Shown: positions 38,747 through 49,216 of the stretch, piece after piece
Position numbering within the stretch: position 1 is the stretch's first letter
Layout: each line of letters starts with the position of its first letter
NCBI GenBank assembly: GCA_964648715.1
Contig: CAZYNM010000001.1
Coordinates: forward strand, 16,040-80,039
Length of the DNA: 64,000 nt
Origin: an uncultured Pseudomonadales bacterium
GTDB lineage: Bacteria; Patescibacteriota; Microgenomatia; UBA1400; PJMF01
Direction: 5' to 3'
The notes under the pieces: generated by a model
The model's database searches: none
What the model was told of the DNA's origin: nothing
Seen by the model: only the letters and a program-made list of their open reading frames with translations
Program-made: the position numbers and the translations under genes

Positions 38747-40024
38747 ATGCAAGATTCAAAAATTGTTCGTACAGACTTTGCTGCAGCAATTACCCAGATT
38801 GCTAACGAGCGGAAAATACCAGTTGATGCTATTTTTGAGGCTATCAAACTTGCCCTCGTGTCTGCGTTTCGCAAGCAATTTGGACCACTCCCTGAAGATA
38901 TGCACTACTATGCAACGCTCAACGAAGAAAGTGGTGAATCAGCTATTTTTAAAGCACCAATCATAGAAAAAAATGAAGAAACTGGCGAAGCAATTTCTTG
39001 GAATGAGAAGAAGAGTGAAGATGTCACTCCAGCAGGATTTGGTCGTATTGCGGCTCAAACTGCAAAGCAAGTTATCTTACAAAAGATTAGAGAATCAGAA
39101 AAAGATCAAGTTATTCTCGAGTTCAGTGGCAAGCTTGGTGAAGTTGTGACTGCGCAGATATTACGTATGGATGGCAGAACCGTTATTCTTGACATCGGTC
39201 GTGGGCAGGGCTATATGCCTCCCGAGGAACAGATGCGTGGTGAGTTTTATCGCATGAATAACCGCATCACTGTTTTCATCAAAGAGATCCGTGAAACACA
39301 CAAGGGTAAAAACGTGATTGTGTCACGTGCGGACAAGATGCTTGTTGCTAAGCTGTTTGAACGCGAAGTTCCAGAAGTTGCCTCTGGTGCAGTGCAAATT
39401 GCTATGATTGCTCGTGAGGCAGGTGTTCGTACCAAGCTGGCAGTTCGTTCAACCCAAGAGGGTGTAGACCCAGTGGGTGCGTGTGTAGGACAGCGTGGTG
39501 TTCGTGTGCAAGAAGTGATTCGTGAACTCAACAACGAAAAATTAGATATTATCCCGTACACCGAAGACGTGCACGCCCTGATTAAAGCTGCGTTAGCTCC
39601 TGCTGAGAACTTGTCAGTGACCATTGATACTGAAAATCGTTCTGCAGTGATTACAGCTCCCGATGATCAACTCAGTCTTGCGGTAGGTCGTGGTGGCCAG
39701 AATGTTCGTCTCGCTGCCAAGCTAGTGAATATGCATTTGACCGTGAAATCAACAGCTGGTCAAGCAACCACCGCTACACCAAAGGAAGAATATGAGATTG
39801 ACACGTTCCCTGGCATAACCTCCGATACTCGTCAGCTTTTGGTTGAACATAAACTCACGACACTCGGTGACTTATCACGTTTCAAAGACAAATGGCATGG
39901 ATTTGAGCTCCCCAGTGATCAGGTAGCTATCCTTGACACCAGAGTAGCAGCATTCGATGCTGAGATGGCTGCTTATGAACCTATTCGATTGCAAAAAAAG
40001 ATGCAGAGACAAGCTGCTGAATAA
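38747..40024 (+). CDS. nusA: Transcription termination factor NusA
   Basis: FGRIAAQTAKQVI, FEREVPE, AREAGVRTK, DPVGACVG, GRGGQNVRLA. Confidence 0.96.
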   Translation: MQDSKIVRTDFAAAITQIANERKIPVDAIFEAIKLALVSAFRKQFGPLPEDMHYYATLNEESGESAIFKAPIIEKNEETGEAISWNEKKSEDVTPAGFGRIAAQTAKQVILQKIRESEKDQVILEFSGKLGEVVTAQILRMDGRTVILDIGRGQGYMPPEEQMRGEFYRMNNRITVFIKEIRETHKGKNVIVSRADKMLVAKLFEREVPEVASGAVQIAMIAREAGVRTKLAVRSTQEGVDPVGACVGQRGVRVQEVIRELNNEKLDIIPYTEDVHALIKAALAPAENLSVTIDTENRSAVITAPDDQLSLAVGRGGQNVRLAAKLVNMHLTVKSTAGQATTATPKEEYEIDTFPGITSDTRQLLVEHKLTTLGDLSRFKDKWHGFELPSDQVAILDTRVAAFDAEMAAYEPIRLQKKMQRQAAE

Positions 40025-40047
40025 TAAAGGATGAGGAAAAGCCACGT

Positions 40048-41520
40048 ATGGCAACACAAAAGAGACCACCAGTTATAACGATCATGGGACACGTTGACCA
40101 TGGTAAGACGTCGCTGTTGGACTACATTCGCAAAACTCGAGTTGCCGCTCGTGAAGCAGGTGGTATTACTCAGCACATTGGTGCCTACCAAGTGGAGTTC
40201 CGCAATGAGAAGCTAACGTTTATTGATACCCCAGGTCATGCTGCGTTTAATAAAATGCGTCAGCGTGGTTCTCAACTGACGGATATTGTGGTACTAGTTG
40301 TAGCTGCAGATGATGGTGTCAAACCTCAGACGATTGAATCAATTAGACACATCAAGGAAGCCGGAGTCCCTGTGGTTGTTGCAATCAATAAAATTGATTT
40401 ACCCAATACATTTCCTGATATGGCCAAAGCACAGCTCGCTGACCAAGGTATCTTGGTACAGGGGTACGGTGGAGATATAGACACAATTGAACTTTCCGCC
40501 AAGACAGGTCAAGGTGTTGATACCTTATTGGAAACCCTGGTGACCATGGCAGAACTCAATGGATACACTGCTGATGCTGATGCTCCTCTCAAGGCGATCG
40601 TTATTGAGTCAGCAAAAGATCCTCGCCGTGGTTCTGTCGCAAGTGTGATTGTGCAACAAGGTACGTTGAGGGTTCGACAAGATATCTTTACTGAAACTGC
40701 TTCTGGAAGAGTGAAGCTTCTCAGTGATGAGGATGGGACACCGTTGCAAACAGTTACTCCTGGAAGTCCTGCAGAAATTATTGGTTTTGAAGAGGTTCCT
40801 GAGGTTGGTGAGACAGTCTGTGATATGGACGCAGAGTATCCGGTTGAGGAAGAAGATGCTGATGAGGAAGCAACAGAAGGCACACGAAGCGTTCGGTTTG
40901 CAGGTCTAGATTTTGGTGCGTTGATTGAAGACAAGCCAAAGCTTAAGCTCATCATTAAAGCAGATGTTTCTGGTACACTTGAGGCAATTACTCAGACGCT
41001 TGATGCAGAAAGTACTGAGCTTTTGGATTCAGGAGTTGGGCAAGTAACTGAAGGTGATGTCGATCTGGCACAAGCAAGTGATGCTATGATTATCGCTTTT
41101 CATATCAAGGTAAGCAAACAGCTCAAGCAGTATGCAAAAGATCATGGTGTGCGCTTGAAGACTTACGATGTCATTTATCATCTCATTGAAGATCTACAAA
41201 AATTGATGCTAAAGCTCATGGATAGTAGTATCGATGAAATTGTGACTGGTGAGGCAGAAGTTATGCAAATATTTGAGATGCGTGGAGATCGCATTGCAGG
41301 CATTCGTGTCAAAACAGGTGAAATCAAAAAACATGATTTGTTACATATGAAACGCGGCGAAGAAGTGTTGTTTAATCCTGTTATTAAATCCATGATGCAC
41401 GGCAAACAAGAAATTGAGAGTGTCAAAGTAAAGAATGAGTGTGGTCTTACTTTTAAGAATCGCAAACTTGATTTCCAGCCAGGTGACATCTTGGTTGCCT
41501 ACAAGATTGCTGATGAATAA
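40048..41520 (+). CDS. infB: Translation initiation factor IF-2 (no N-terminal domain)
   Basis: RPPVITIMGHVDHGKTSLLD, GGITQHIGAY, DTPGHAAF, NKID. Confidence 0.96.
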   Translation: MATQKRPPVITIMGHVDHGKTSLLDYIRKTRVAAREAGGITQHIGAYQVEFRNEKLTFIDTPGHAAFNKMRQRGSQLTDIVVLVVAADDGVKPQTIESIRHIKEAGVPVVVAINKIDLPNTFPDMAKAQLADQGILVQGYGGDIDTIELSAKTGQGVDTLLETLVTMAELNGYTADADAPLKAIVIESAKDPRRGSVASVIVQQGTLRVRQDIFTETASGRVKLLSDEDGTPLQTVTPGSPAEIIGFEEVPEVGETVCDMDAEYPVEEEDADEEATEGTRSVRFAGLDFGALIEDKPKLKLIIKADVSGTLEAITQTLDAESTELLDSGVGQVTEGDVDLAQASDAMIIAFHIKVSKQLKQYAKDHGVRLKTYDVIYHLIEDLQKLMLKLMDSSIDEIVTGEAEVMQIFEMRGDRIAGIRVKTGEIKKHDLLHMKRGEEVLFNPVIKSMMHGKQEIESVKVKNECGLTFKNRKLDFQPGDILVAYKIADE

Positions 41521-41551
41521 CCAGTGTGTTATAATTCACGCCACAGTATAA

Positions 41552-41606
41552 ATGGTTACATTCCTTGTTAGTCGGATGGGTTCTGACTTCACGAGAGAAT
41601 GGTCAT
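41552..41606 (+). promoter_or_regulatory. Structured rpsO leader (candidate S15 autoregulatory RNA)
   Basis: Nested pairings ACATTC/GAATGG, CTTGT/ACGAG and AGTCGGA/TCTGACT, between the extended -10 (41527-41535) and the SD. Confidence 0.5.
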
Positions 41607-41617
41607 GAAAGGATACC

Positions 41618-41887
41618 ATGTCATTAACAAAAGTACAAAAAACCCAACTCATCAAAGATTTTCAATTATTTGAAGGTGATACTGGATCTCCAGAAGTGCA
41701 GATTGCTCTTTTGACTGCATCCATCCAGCAATTAACTGGTCACTTAAAACAACACAAAAAAGATGACCACTCTCGCAGAGGTCTCCTCAAGCAAGTTGCC
41801 AAACGCCGCCGCCTCCTCAACTTCTTACTTGAAAGAAGTGAAGAGCGCTATCGTGCCCTCATTGGTCGTCTTGGATTGAGTAAATAA
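41618..41887 (+). CDS. rpsO: 30S ribosomal protein S15
   Basis: [26 protein letters not shown]. Confidence 0.98.
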   Translation: MSLTKVQKTQLIKDFQLFEGDTGSPEVQIALLTASIQQLTGHLKQHKKDDHSRRGLLKQVAKRRRLLNFLLERSEERYRALIGRLGLSK

Positions 41888-41897
41888 TTCACCTTGA

Positions 41898-43232
41898 TTA
41901 CATAAGAAACTTGAGCCATATCACCGCAAATGTAATGGTGGCGTTGAGTATAACAAGTGGTACCCCAACTTTGAGATACTGCATGAAATTGACGTGGTGA
42001 CCTTCTTTTTCGGCTTGGCCAAATGCTATAACATTACAGGCAGCTGCAATGGGAGAACCAGCGCCACCTATTGAGGTACCTAAATTGAGTGCCCACCAGA
42101 GTGGATAGACATACAGTCCTGTTTTTTCCATGGCCTGTATTGCTGCTACCATTGTTATGTTGTACGGCACGTTATCAATAAATGTTGACAAAATTCCTGA
42201 ACCAAGCGAGATAAAGAAAGTAAGAATAGTAAGGTTCCCACCTGATAGATATACCAACCCTTTACCTAATGCCTCAATAATTTGAGTAAATTCAAGTGAA
42301 CCAACAACCACAAACAACCCCATGAAGAAAAATAATATCTCCCAATCAATAAGGTAGCGGAACACTTTTTGTGGTTCACGGTGAAATATAAGCATACACA
42401 GGAACGCCCCAGTCAAAGTAATAGTCGCATTATCCAGTGTAAACCCCGTCCACTGTTTAATTTGCTCTTTGAGAATCATAAGTAAGATGACCGCAAATAG
42501 AATGGGAGTACCTCGATAGAGCACTCGTTTGTTTCTCAGTGCAGCCTGTGGGCGAAAAAGCGCAACATCTGACGGTTTAACCTGTACAGCACTCAGTTGT
42601 TTGCGAAATACAAAAAGTGAATATACAGTAACTACCACTGAAAGAAGCATGACAATCATCCCCGAATTATTCACTACTTCGGCAAAACTGAGACCGACTG
42701 TCTTGGCTTGGTAATAGGTAGTAGGGTCGGAAATTGGTGTAGCTGCGCCACCCAAATTGGCCATAGCAACTAGTACAAATAAATAGGGCATCAAGGGTAA
42801 TTTGAGCTCTTTTACCAAAATAAGCACGATGGGAGCAATGATAAGGATGGTGGGTATATTAGAAAAAAGTGCGGTCATGAAAAGAGTAAGATAGCCTATT
42901 GTTACCAGTAACAAGTATTGATTGCCTTTGATTTTTTTAACCAGCCAAATAGCCAAAGCTTCAAACAGTCCCGAGTCTTTCACAATCCCAATGAGTATCA
43001 TCATGCCCACCACAAACCCTAAAATATCAAGATTGTGTGCAATAAACTGAACAGCATTTTCTTGCGATGAGTGCATGGAGCTACGAAACACTTGCGCAAT
43101 GACAAGTACGAGCGCGCCTAGACCAGCCACTAACACCTTGTTGAGTTTCTCAGTAATGAGGAAATAGTACACGCCGGTCAACACCACCAATGCAATACCA
43201 GAAAAAAGAGTGATGGGCAGTTCACTAAACAT
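41898..43232 (-). CDS. ArsB/NhaD (ion transporter superfamily) permease
   Basis: ANLGGAATPISDP, DWEILFFFMGLFVVVG, STFIDNVPY, IGGAGSPIAAACN. Confidence 0.85.
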   Translation of the reverse strand: MFSELPITLFSGIALVVLTGVYYFLITEKLNKVLVAGLGALVLVIAQVFRSSMHSSQENAVQFIAHNLDILGFVVGMMILIGIVKDSGLFEALAIWLVKKIKGNQYLLLVTIGYLTLFMTALFSNIPTILIIAPIVLILVKELKLPLMPYLFVLVAMANLGGAATPISDPTTYYQAKTVGLSFAEVVNNSGMIVMLLSVVVTVYSLFVFRKQLSAVQVKPSDVALFRPQAALRNKRVLYRGTPILFAVILLMILKEQIKQWTGFTLDNATITLTGAFLCMLIFHREPQKVFRYLIDWEILFFFMGLFVVVGSLEFTQIIEALGKGLVYLSGGNLTILTFFISLGSGILSTFIDNVPYNITMVAAIQAMEKTGLYVYPLWWALNLGTSIGGAGSPIAAACNVIAFGQAEKEGHHVNFMQYLKVGVPLVILNATITFAVIWLKFLM

Positions 43233-43244
43233 AGGTTGCTCTTT

Positions 43245-43700
43245 TTATAACTTCATTCCCACAGCAAGTGCTTTTTTGATCTCAGAGCGGGTAACGACGC
43301 CAATAAGTTCCTTATTCTCAATAACGGGTACAATATAGAGATCGCCTCTTAAAAACTCGGCAGTCACCGACATGATATGATCTTCCAGAGATACCCACTC
43401 AAAATCTTTGCGCATAATTTTGGTGACGGGTTGATCTTGGATGTCTGCACACATTTCGTGGAAAAATCCTTTTTTGTACAATGCAGCAGCAATTCCAAGG
43501 TTTTTTCGGAATTGTCTTGGCACTGTTGCACCGGCGATATCCTGAACAGACAAGACCCCAACCACTTTTCGTGGATTCTTAACATCAAGCACAATGAGAC
43601 CATTAATTTTTTTATTGACTATAACCTTGAGTGACTCACGCACTGTAAGATCTGAAAGAATGGTGACGGGATCTTTATGGTAGATCTCTTTGATAAGCAT
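43245..43700 (-). CDS. CBS-pair protein
   Basis: KVVGVLSVQDI and ELIGVVTRSEI; directly upstream of the transporter. Confidence 0.85.
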   Translation of the reverse strand: MLIKEIYHKDPVTILSDLTVRESLKVIVNKKINGLIVLDVKNPRKVVGVLSVQDIAGATVPRQFRKNLGIAAALYKKGFFHEMCADIQDQPVTKIMRKDFEWVSLEDHIMSVTAEFLRGDLYIVPVIENKELIGVVTRSEIKKALAVGMKL

Positions 43701-43767
43701 ATAGTTATGGTATACATCGTGCAGCACGCTGGCAAGTAGAAATGGTATAATAGAGTCCAGTATAGAA

Positions 43768-43851
43768 GTTGTGCTCTGGGTGTTTGAGCATTCTAGAGAG
43801 CTGATAGGAATATCCTGTCGTCTCTCAGAGAATACTCACCCACACTACAAC
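43768..43851 (+). promoter_or_regulatory. Long imperfect hairpin in the pnp leader
   Basis: GTTGT/ACAAC, TGGGTG/CACCCA, GAGCATTCT/AGAATACTC, GAGAG/CTCTC, TGATAGGA/TCCTGTCG; extended -10 TGgTATAAT at 43743-43751. Confidence 0.65.
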
Positions 43852-43872
43852 ACTACATTTTAAGGAGTGGAT

Positions 43873-46143
43873 ATGTCATATCCTCAGTATCCTCACACGT
43901 ACAAAAAAGACGTTACGGTGGGAAACAAAGTAGTATCAGTGGAAGTAGGACACTTTTCCGAACAGGTTTCAGCTGCAGTGATTACTCGCATGGGTGACAC
44001 CGTGGTGCATACCACCGTTGCATTAGGTAGAAAAGTGAACTTGGGATACTTTCCTCTTTCAGTAGAATACGCCGAAAAATTATTTGCCAGTGGCATTATC
44101 AAGGGTTCTCGCTGGGTGAAACGTGATGGTCGCCCCAGTGATGATGCGATTCTCAAGGGTCGCGTTGTGGACCGTTCTCTGCGTCCCATGTTTCCTGATG
44201 GTATTACTAATGAAGTGCAAGTGATCAGTACTGTGTTTTCCTATGATGGTGAAAATCAGCCCGATATGCTTGCCCTCTTGGGTGGTGCTATCGGTTTGAG
44301 TATTTCTGATATTCCTTTTGATGGACCTATCGCTGGTATTCGCATGGGTTACCAAAAAGCAACCGGTGCATTTGTCATTAATCCAACTGTTTCAGAACAA
44401 GAAAACAGTGATATGGATTTGATTGTATCAGGGACCGGCAACACGGTTGTCATGGTTGAGGCTGGGGCCAACGAAGTGTCCGAAGCAGTCATGGTGGAAG
44501 CACTCACCAAAGCACAAGAAATTTTCGCTGGTGTGTGTGGACAGATTACAGAGATGATGGGTGAAATTGGAAAAGAGAAAAAGTCTCTCATTGATCTCAA
44601 TGAAGAAGCAGAAGCACGAACGACTGCACTCAAAGAGCGCATGATGACTAAGTACGGGAAAGAGCTTCGCACCGTAGTGGAAAAAGAGGGCAAGCTTGAA
44701 GAAAGTGGTGCCTCAGAATTGGTGAAGACTGTGGTTGCTGCCTTCAATGAAGGTGTTGCAGAAGAAAAAGCCTTGTATACAGAAGCAGAAATCTCAGATG
44801 CCTTGCACTCACTTACTAAGAAGATTGCGCGCACCATGATTATTGAAGAAAAAGTTCGCCCTGATGGCCGCAAGACGGATGAGATTCGTCCTATTTGGTG
44901 TGAAGTAGATGTGTTCCCTCGCACACATGGTAGTGCTATGTTCAAGAGAGGTGCTACGCAAGCAGTTACTATTACTACCCTTGGTGCTCCCAACTTGGGA
45001 CAACTTATTGAAAGTATAGAAGGTGAAGAAGTTCGCCACTATATGCACCACTACAACATGCCTCCGTATGCATCTGGAGAGACGGGACGCTTTGGTGCTC
45101 CCAAACGCCGCGAGATTGGACATGGAGCACTTGCTGAGCGAGCATTACTTCCTATGATCCCTTCACAAGAAGTCTTCCCGTATGCCATTCATGTTGTGTC
45201 AGAAATCATGAGCTCTAATGGTTCAACTTCACAAGCATCAGTCTGTGGATCAACCATGTCATTGATGGCAGCTGGTGTACCTATTAAACGCCCAGTAGCG
45301 GGTATCGCAATGGGACTGATGAGTGATGGTGAAACATACGTAGTACTTTCAGACATTCAAGGTCTGGAGGACCATGTGGGTGATATGGACTTCAAGGTAG
45401 CTGGTACTACGGAAGGTATTACTGCTATTCAGATGGATATCAAACTCAAGGGCGTACCACGACCAGTGCTTGAGCAGGCACTTGATCAAGCAAAAGCAGG
45501 TCGTCTGCACATTTTGCAGAAGATGCTTGCCGCTATACCTGCACCTCGTGCTGAGCTGTCCCAGTATGCACCAAAGATTGAACAAGTCTCCATCCCTGGA
45601 GACAAAATTGGTGAACTCATTGGTCCAGGAGGAAAGCACATCAAAGGCCTCATCGAGAAATTTGGAGCTCAAATTGATGTGGAAGAAAATGAAGACAATA
45701 CCTTGGGTATCGTTACTATCTCTTCGGCTGATCAGGCTAAGATTAGTGGTGCAAAGACGTATATCACCAATATGTTCCGTGAAGTGGCACCTGGAGATGA
45801 ATTTGACGGCACAGTGACTCGTGTTGAGTCATATGGTGCATTTGTGGAGTTTTTATCAGGCCGTGAAGGTCTTGTCCATGTTTCACAGATGTCTACTGAG
45901 TTTGTGCCGGATGCATCAGCATTGGTACACCTTGGCGATAGTGTGCATGTCCGCGTTTCTGAGATCAAAGAAGACGGTAAGATTGGTCTTTCTATGCTCA
46001 GTGCAGAGGAAGCTGAACAAGCACGACAAAATCGACCATCTGGCGATCGCGGTGATCGTGGTGGCAGACCTCCTTTCAGAGGTGGCAGAGGTGGTGGTCG
46101 TCGCTTTGGCGGTGACAGACACGAGCGCCATGAACGCAGATAA
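43873..46143 (+). CDS. pnp: Polyribonucleotide nucleotidyltransferase (PNPase)
   Basis: RVVDRSLRPMF, RPDGR, HGSAMFKRG, RREIGHG, SNGSTS, GDMDFKVAGT, KH and S1 domains; SD AAGGAG. Confidence 0.97.
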   Translation: MSYPQYPHTYKKDVTVGNKVVSVEVGHFSEQVSAAVITRMGDTVVHTTVALGRKVNLGYFPLSVEYAEKLFASGIIKGSRWVKRDGRPSDDAILKGRVVDRSLRPMFPDGITNEVQVISTVFSYDGENQPDMLALLGGAIGLSISDIPFDGPIAGIRMGYQKATGAFVINPTVSEQENSDMDLIVSGTGNTVVMVEAGANEVSEAVMVEALTKAQEIFAGVCGQITEMMGEIGKEKKSLIDLNEEAEARTTALKERMMTKYGKELRTVVEKEGKLEESGASELVKTVVAAFNEGVAEEKALYTEAEISDALHSLTKKIARTMIIEEKVRPDGRKTDEIRPIWCEVDVFPRTHGSAMFKRGATQAVTITTLGAPNLGQLIESIEGEEVRHYMHHYNMPPYASGETGRFGAPKRREIGHGALAERALLPMIPSQEVFPYAIHVVSEIMSSNGSTSQASVCGSTMSLMAAGVPIKRPVAGIAMGLMSDGETYVVLSDIQGLEDHVGDMDFKVAGTTEGITAIQMDIKLKGVPRPVLEQALDQAKAGRLHILQKMLAAIPAPRAELSQYAPKIEQVSIPGDKIGELIGPGGKHIKGLIEKFGAQIDVEENEDNTLGIVTISSADQAKISGAKTYITNMFREVAPGDEFDGTVTRVESYGAFVEFLSGREGLVHVSQMSTEFVPDASALVHLGDSVHVRVSEIKEDGKIGLSMLSAEEAEQARQNRPSGDRGDRGGRPPFRGGRGGGRRFGGDRHERHERR

Positions 46144-46163
46144 CTATAGCGTTGTAATTAAGG

Positions 46164-46196
46164 AAGCCCTGAGCTAAAACGCTCAGGGCTTTTTTT
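46164..46196 (+). terminator. Intrinsic terminator after pnp
   Basis: AAGCCCTGAGC-TAAAAC-GCTCAGGGCTT-TTTTT. Confidence 0.9.
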
Positions 46197-46221
46197 GTGC
46201 TAAACAAGGTATACTAAGTTC

Positions 46222-47058
46222 ATGCGACTTTCTGCCATTAGCCATGATACTCGCTTTTGTCTCTTAGCTCTTGATAGCATTACGAACTGTGCCGATCACT
46301 GTGGGACTAATCTGCAAACTGAGCTGGGGAAAACACAGCTGCAAGATGTGATCACCCAAATGGTAAAGACATATACTGGTACGTACACTGGTGTGTTATT
46401 GTCACCAGAAGTGGGGTACGATGCGCTCTATGAGAAACTTCCTGCTGCAGGCGTGGCCTTTCCCTTGGAACGCCGGTTATACGATGCCGACCCGCTCACT
46501 ATTCCCATTCTGAAAGACCAGTGGGGCGTTGAACATATCGCACAAAATTATGGAGTAGCAAAGCTGGAGCTGTATTATCATCCTCGCGAAAAGGAAGCGG
46601 GTATTAAACAGCAGATGGTGGCTGAACTCTATGACTACTGTAAGAATCAAGGAATCGACCTACTACTAGAACTGGTGATATACATTGAAGGCACACAATC
46701 AACATATACTGCTCAACTTCCTGAGGTGCAACTTGAAGCGGTACAAGAGCTGCGTGGTTCATGCTCGTTAATGGCATTAGAGTATCCATTGAATGCTCTC
46801 AATACAGTGACATTGACTGCTGAACTTGATATACCCTGGATTTTGACTGCACGAAGCACGCCGTATGAGGAGTTCAAGGAACAGCTGAGAACTGCTATGG
46901 AAAGTGGAGCAGTGGGTTACATGGGAGCTGAGTTTTTGCTGCCGCCACTTCCTCAAACAGGTGTTAGTCTGTGGGATGCAGAAAAGATACAATCGTATAT
47001 ACTAACCACAGGCCTGGATCGGGCACACGAATTACATAGGATAGTTACAGAAAGATAA
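46222..47058 (+). CDS. LacD/tagatose-bisphosphate aldolase-like TIM barrel, apparently degenerate
   Basis: [42 protein letters not shown]...AMESGAVGY follow the LacD layout. Confidence 0.65.
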   Translation: MRLSAISHDTRFCLLALDSITNCADHCGTNLQTELGKTQLQDVITQMVKTYTGTYTGVLLSPEVGYDALYEKLPAAGVAFPLERRLYDADPLTIPILKDQWGVEHIAQNYGVAKLELYYHPREKEAGIKQQMVAELYDYCKNQGIDLLLELVIYIEGTQSTYTAQLPEVQLEAVQELRGSCSLMALEYPLNALNTVTLTAELDIPWILTARSTPYEEFKEQLRTAMESGAVGYMGAEFLLPPLPQTGVSLWDAEKIQSYILTTGLDRAHELHRIVTER

Positions 47059-47065
47059 GATAGGT

Positions 47066-47665
47066 ATGTTTACACTCCCTTCACTACCATATGAATATAG
47101 TGCCTTAGAGCCATATTTTGATGCTAAGACCATGGAAATTCATCATACTAAGCACCATCAAACCTATGTGGATAAACTCAACGCTGCACTACAAACACAG
47201 CGAGAGATTTCTGCACAAAGTGTAGAGGAGTTGTTGCAGAACATTACTCAGGTACCAGAAAGTATCCGAATGGCAGTTCGTAATCACGGTGGTGGTCACT
47301 CAAATCACACCTTGTTTTGGCAATCACTCAGCCCACAAGGTGGTGGTGAACCTACTGGTGCTTTGGCAGAACTGATCGTGCGTGATTTTGGTACCTATAC
47401 CTCTTTTAAAGAGGCTTTTACAACATGTGCGCAAAATCACTTTGGCTCTGGCTGGGCTTGGTTGGTCCTACAAAGTAATGGAGCACTCAAAGTTTACTCT
47501 ACTGCCAACCAAGATTCTCCCTATATGACGGGTGATAAACCTGTTTTGGGTCTCGATATATGGGAGCACGCTTATTATCTGAAATACCAAAACAAACGGC
47601 CAGACTATATTCAGGCTTTTTGGTCTTTGGTAAACTGGAAAGTTGTGGCAAATAGAATTGCGTAA
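47066..47665 (+). CDS. sodA: Superoxide dismutase (Mn-type signature)
   Basis: [36 protein letters not shown]. Confidence 0.93.
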   Translation: MFTLPSLPYEYSALEPYFDAKTMEIHHTKHHQTYVDKLNAALQTQREISAQSVEELLQNITQVPESIRMAVRNHGGGHSNHTLFWQSLSPQGGGEPTGALAELIVRDFGTYTSFKEAFTTCAQNHFGSGWAWLVLQSNGALKVYSTANQDSPYMTGDKPVLGLDIWEHAYYLKYQNKRPDYIQAFWSLVNWKVVANRIA

Positions 47666-47667
47666 TC

Positions 47668-48252
47668 ATGTTACAAGTGTTTCTTGACGTTGAGACAAAG
47701 AAAATCTTTGATGATGTGGGTGGGTATTTTCCTGATAGGCTGGGTGTCTCTTTTGTGGGTGTATGTGTGCGAGACGGCATGACTGGCAAAGGTGAAATGC
47801 GCTCTTTTTTTGAACAGGATATTCCCTCACTCTTTCCATTACTTGAGCAGGCGGATGTAGTAGTGGGATTCAACATTGATGAGTTTGATATGCAAACATT
47901 GGTGCCGTACTATAAAGGAAGTATTACGAGTATTCCCACCTTGGATCTTTTGGACCGGATCAAAAAAAGTGTTGGTCATCGTATTGGTTTGGATGCAGTT
48001 GCGCAGGAAACGTTGGGTATTGGAAAATCAGGTAATGGTCTAGATGCCGTCAAATACTATCAGCAAAAAAACTGGGAAGCACTTGAAAAATACTGTTTAC
48101 AAGATGTAGCGGTAACCCGAGATGTCTATGACGCTGGGGTGCGAACTGGCAAAGTGAAATTTAAGAACAAGTGGAATAGATTAATTGAATGTCCAGTTAA
48201 TTTTTCATTTACACCCCGTAAGGATGCTGGAGTACAAATGAGTTTATTATGA
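47668..48252 (+). CDS. RNase H-like DEDD 3'-5' exonuclease domain protein
   Basis: FLDVETK, VGFNIDEFD, LDAVAQETLG, YCLQDV. Confidence 0.8.
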   Translation: MLQVFLDVETKKIFDDVGGYFPDRLGVSFVGVCVRDGMTGKGEMRSFFEQDIPSLFPLLEQADVVVGFNIDEFDMQTLVPYYKGSITSIPTLDLLDRIKKSVGHRIGLDAVAQETLGIGKSGNGLDAVKYYQQKNWEALEKYCLQDVAVTRDVYDAGVRTGKVKFKNKWNRLIECPVNFSFTPRKDAGVQMSLL

Positions 48253-48782
48253 ACCCAAAATTATGTATGACTGCAGCAGGCGTTTTGCTGCATGAAGGAC
48301 AAGTTTTGCTTGTGAAGCACAAAAAATTGGGCATTTGGCTCAACCCTGGGGGGCATATTGAACAAGATGAACTGCCACACCATGCTGCAGAACGAGAGTT
48401 TTTTGAAGAGACTGGTGTCCGTGTAGAAGCGTACGACTTTTCACCGCACCTTGCCCAAAAGAAAGCTGATACCAGTTTTTTCATTCCAAATCCTCTTACA
48501 ACCAACGTTCATTGGATTTGTAAAGAAAATTACGAAGCACGCTGTGCACAAGGTGCAGAGTACCAAAGGAATGCTGTGTGGAGCAAAGGTTGTGAAAAAC
48601 ACTGCAACTTTTTATATTTGGTGCGACCCACAGGAGACCTTACCTACACTCAAAATGAGGCTGAGAGTGATGGCATTGGATGGTTCACTCAATCCAATAT
48701 ACACACGCTAAAAACACACGATAACATCCGAACTGAGCTTGAGCTGGCCTTTAATCTTTTTGATCACCAAGAAAAGTGCTAG
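48249..48782 (+). CDS. Nudix hydrolase
   Basis: PGGHIEQDELPHHAAEREFFEETG. Confidence 0.9.
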   Translation: MNPKLCMTAAGVLLHEGQVLLVKHKKLGIWLNPGGHIEQDELPHHAAEREFFEETGVRVEAYDFSPHLAQKKADTSFFIPNPLTTNVHWICKENYEARCAQGAEYQRNAVWSKGCEKHCNFLYLVRPTGDLTYTQNEAESDGIGWFTQSNIHTLKTHDNIRTELELAFNLFDHQEKC

Positions 48783-49113
48783 CAATTTGTGTGGACAATA
48801 CAAGTTCTGGCTTTGTTTTATTGTGGTCAGCTGCCCATACATCCGCCATTTTAGTGAGCATCTCATCTCGCGTAACTGGCTTAAGTTCACCAGCTTCTAT
48901 TTTTGCTGCACGAGTGCGGGCCGCGTTTAATTGTTCTTGAGTGACACCTAATTTGTCTACTTGCGCAGTGGGGTATTTTTGTACGAGTTCAAACACAGCA
49001 ATCGTAACATCAACACCATCAAAAATATCTTCATAAAATTGACCAATGGTTCTTTCAATGAATGGAGTAGGTTTAACTACTTCTGGAGTAGTAGCTTGTT
49101 CTGCCATCGTCAT
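48751..49113 (-). CDS. Hypothetical protein
   Basis: 120 aa ORF with upstream SD-like AAGGAAGG. Confidence 0.65.
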   Translation of the reverse strand: MTMAEQATTPEVVKPTPFIERTIGQFYEDIFDGVDVTIAVFELVQKYPTAQVDKLGVTQEQLNAARTRAAKIEAGELKPVTRDEMLTKMADVWAADHNKTKPELVLSTQIASTFLGDQKD

Positions 49114-49216
49114 GTAGACCTTCCTTGTGTTGTGTCTCGTTTCACAACATACCTAGCATTTTTATACTCTAGACAGCTACTGAAAGCAACAGCGAGTATC
49201 TGTTACAATACGGCGG

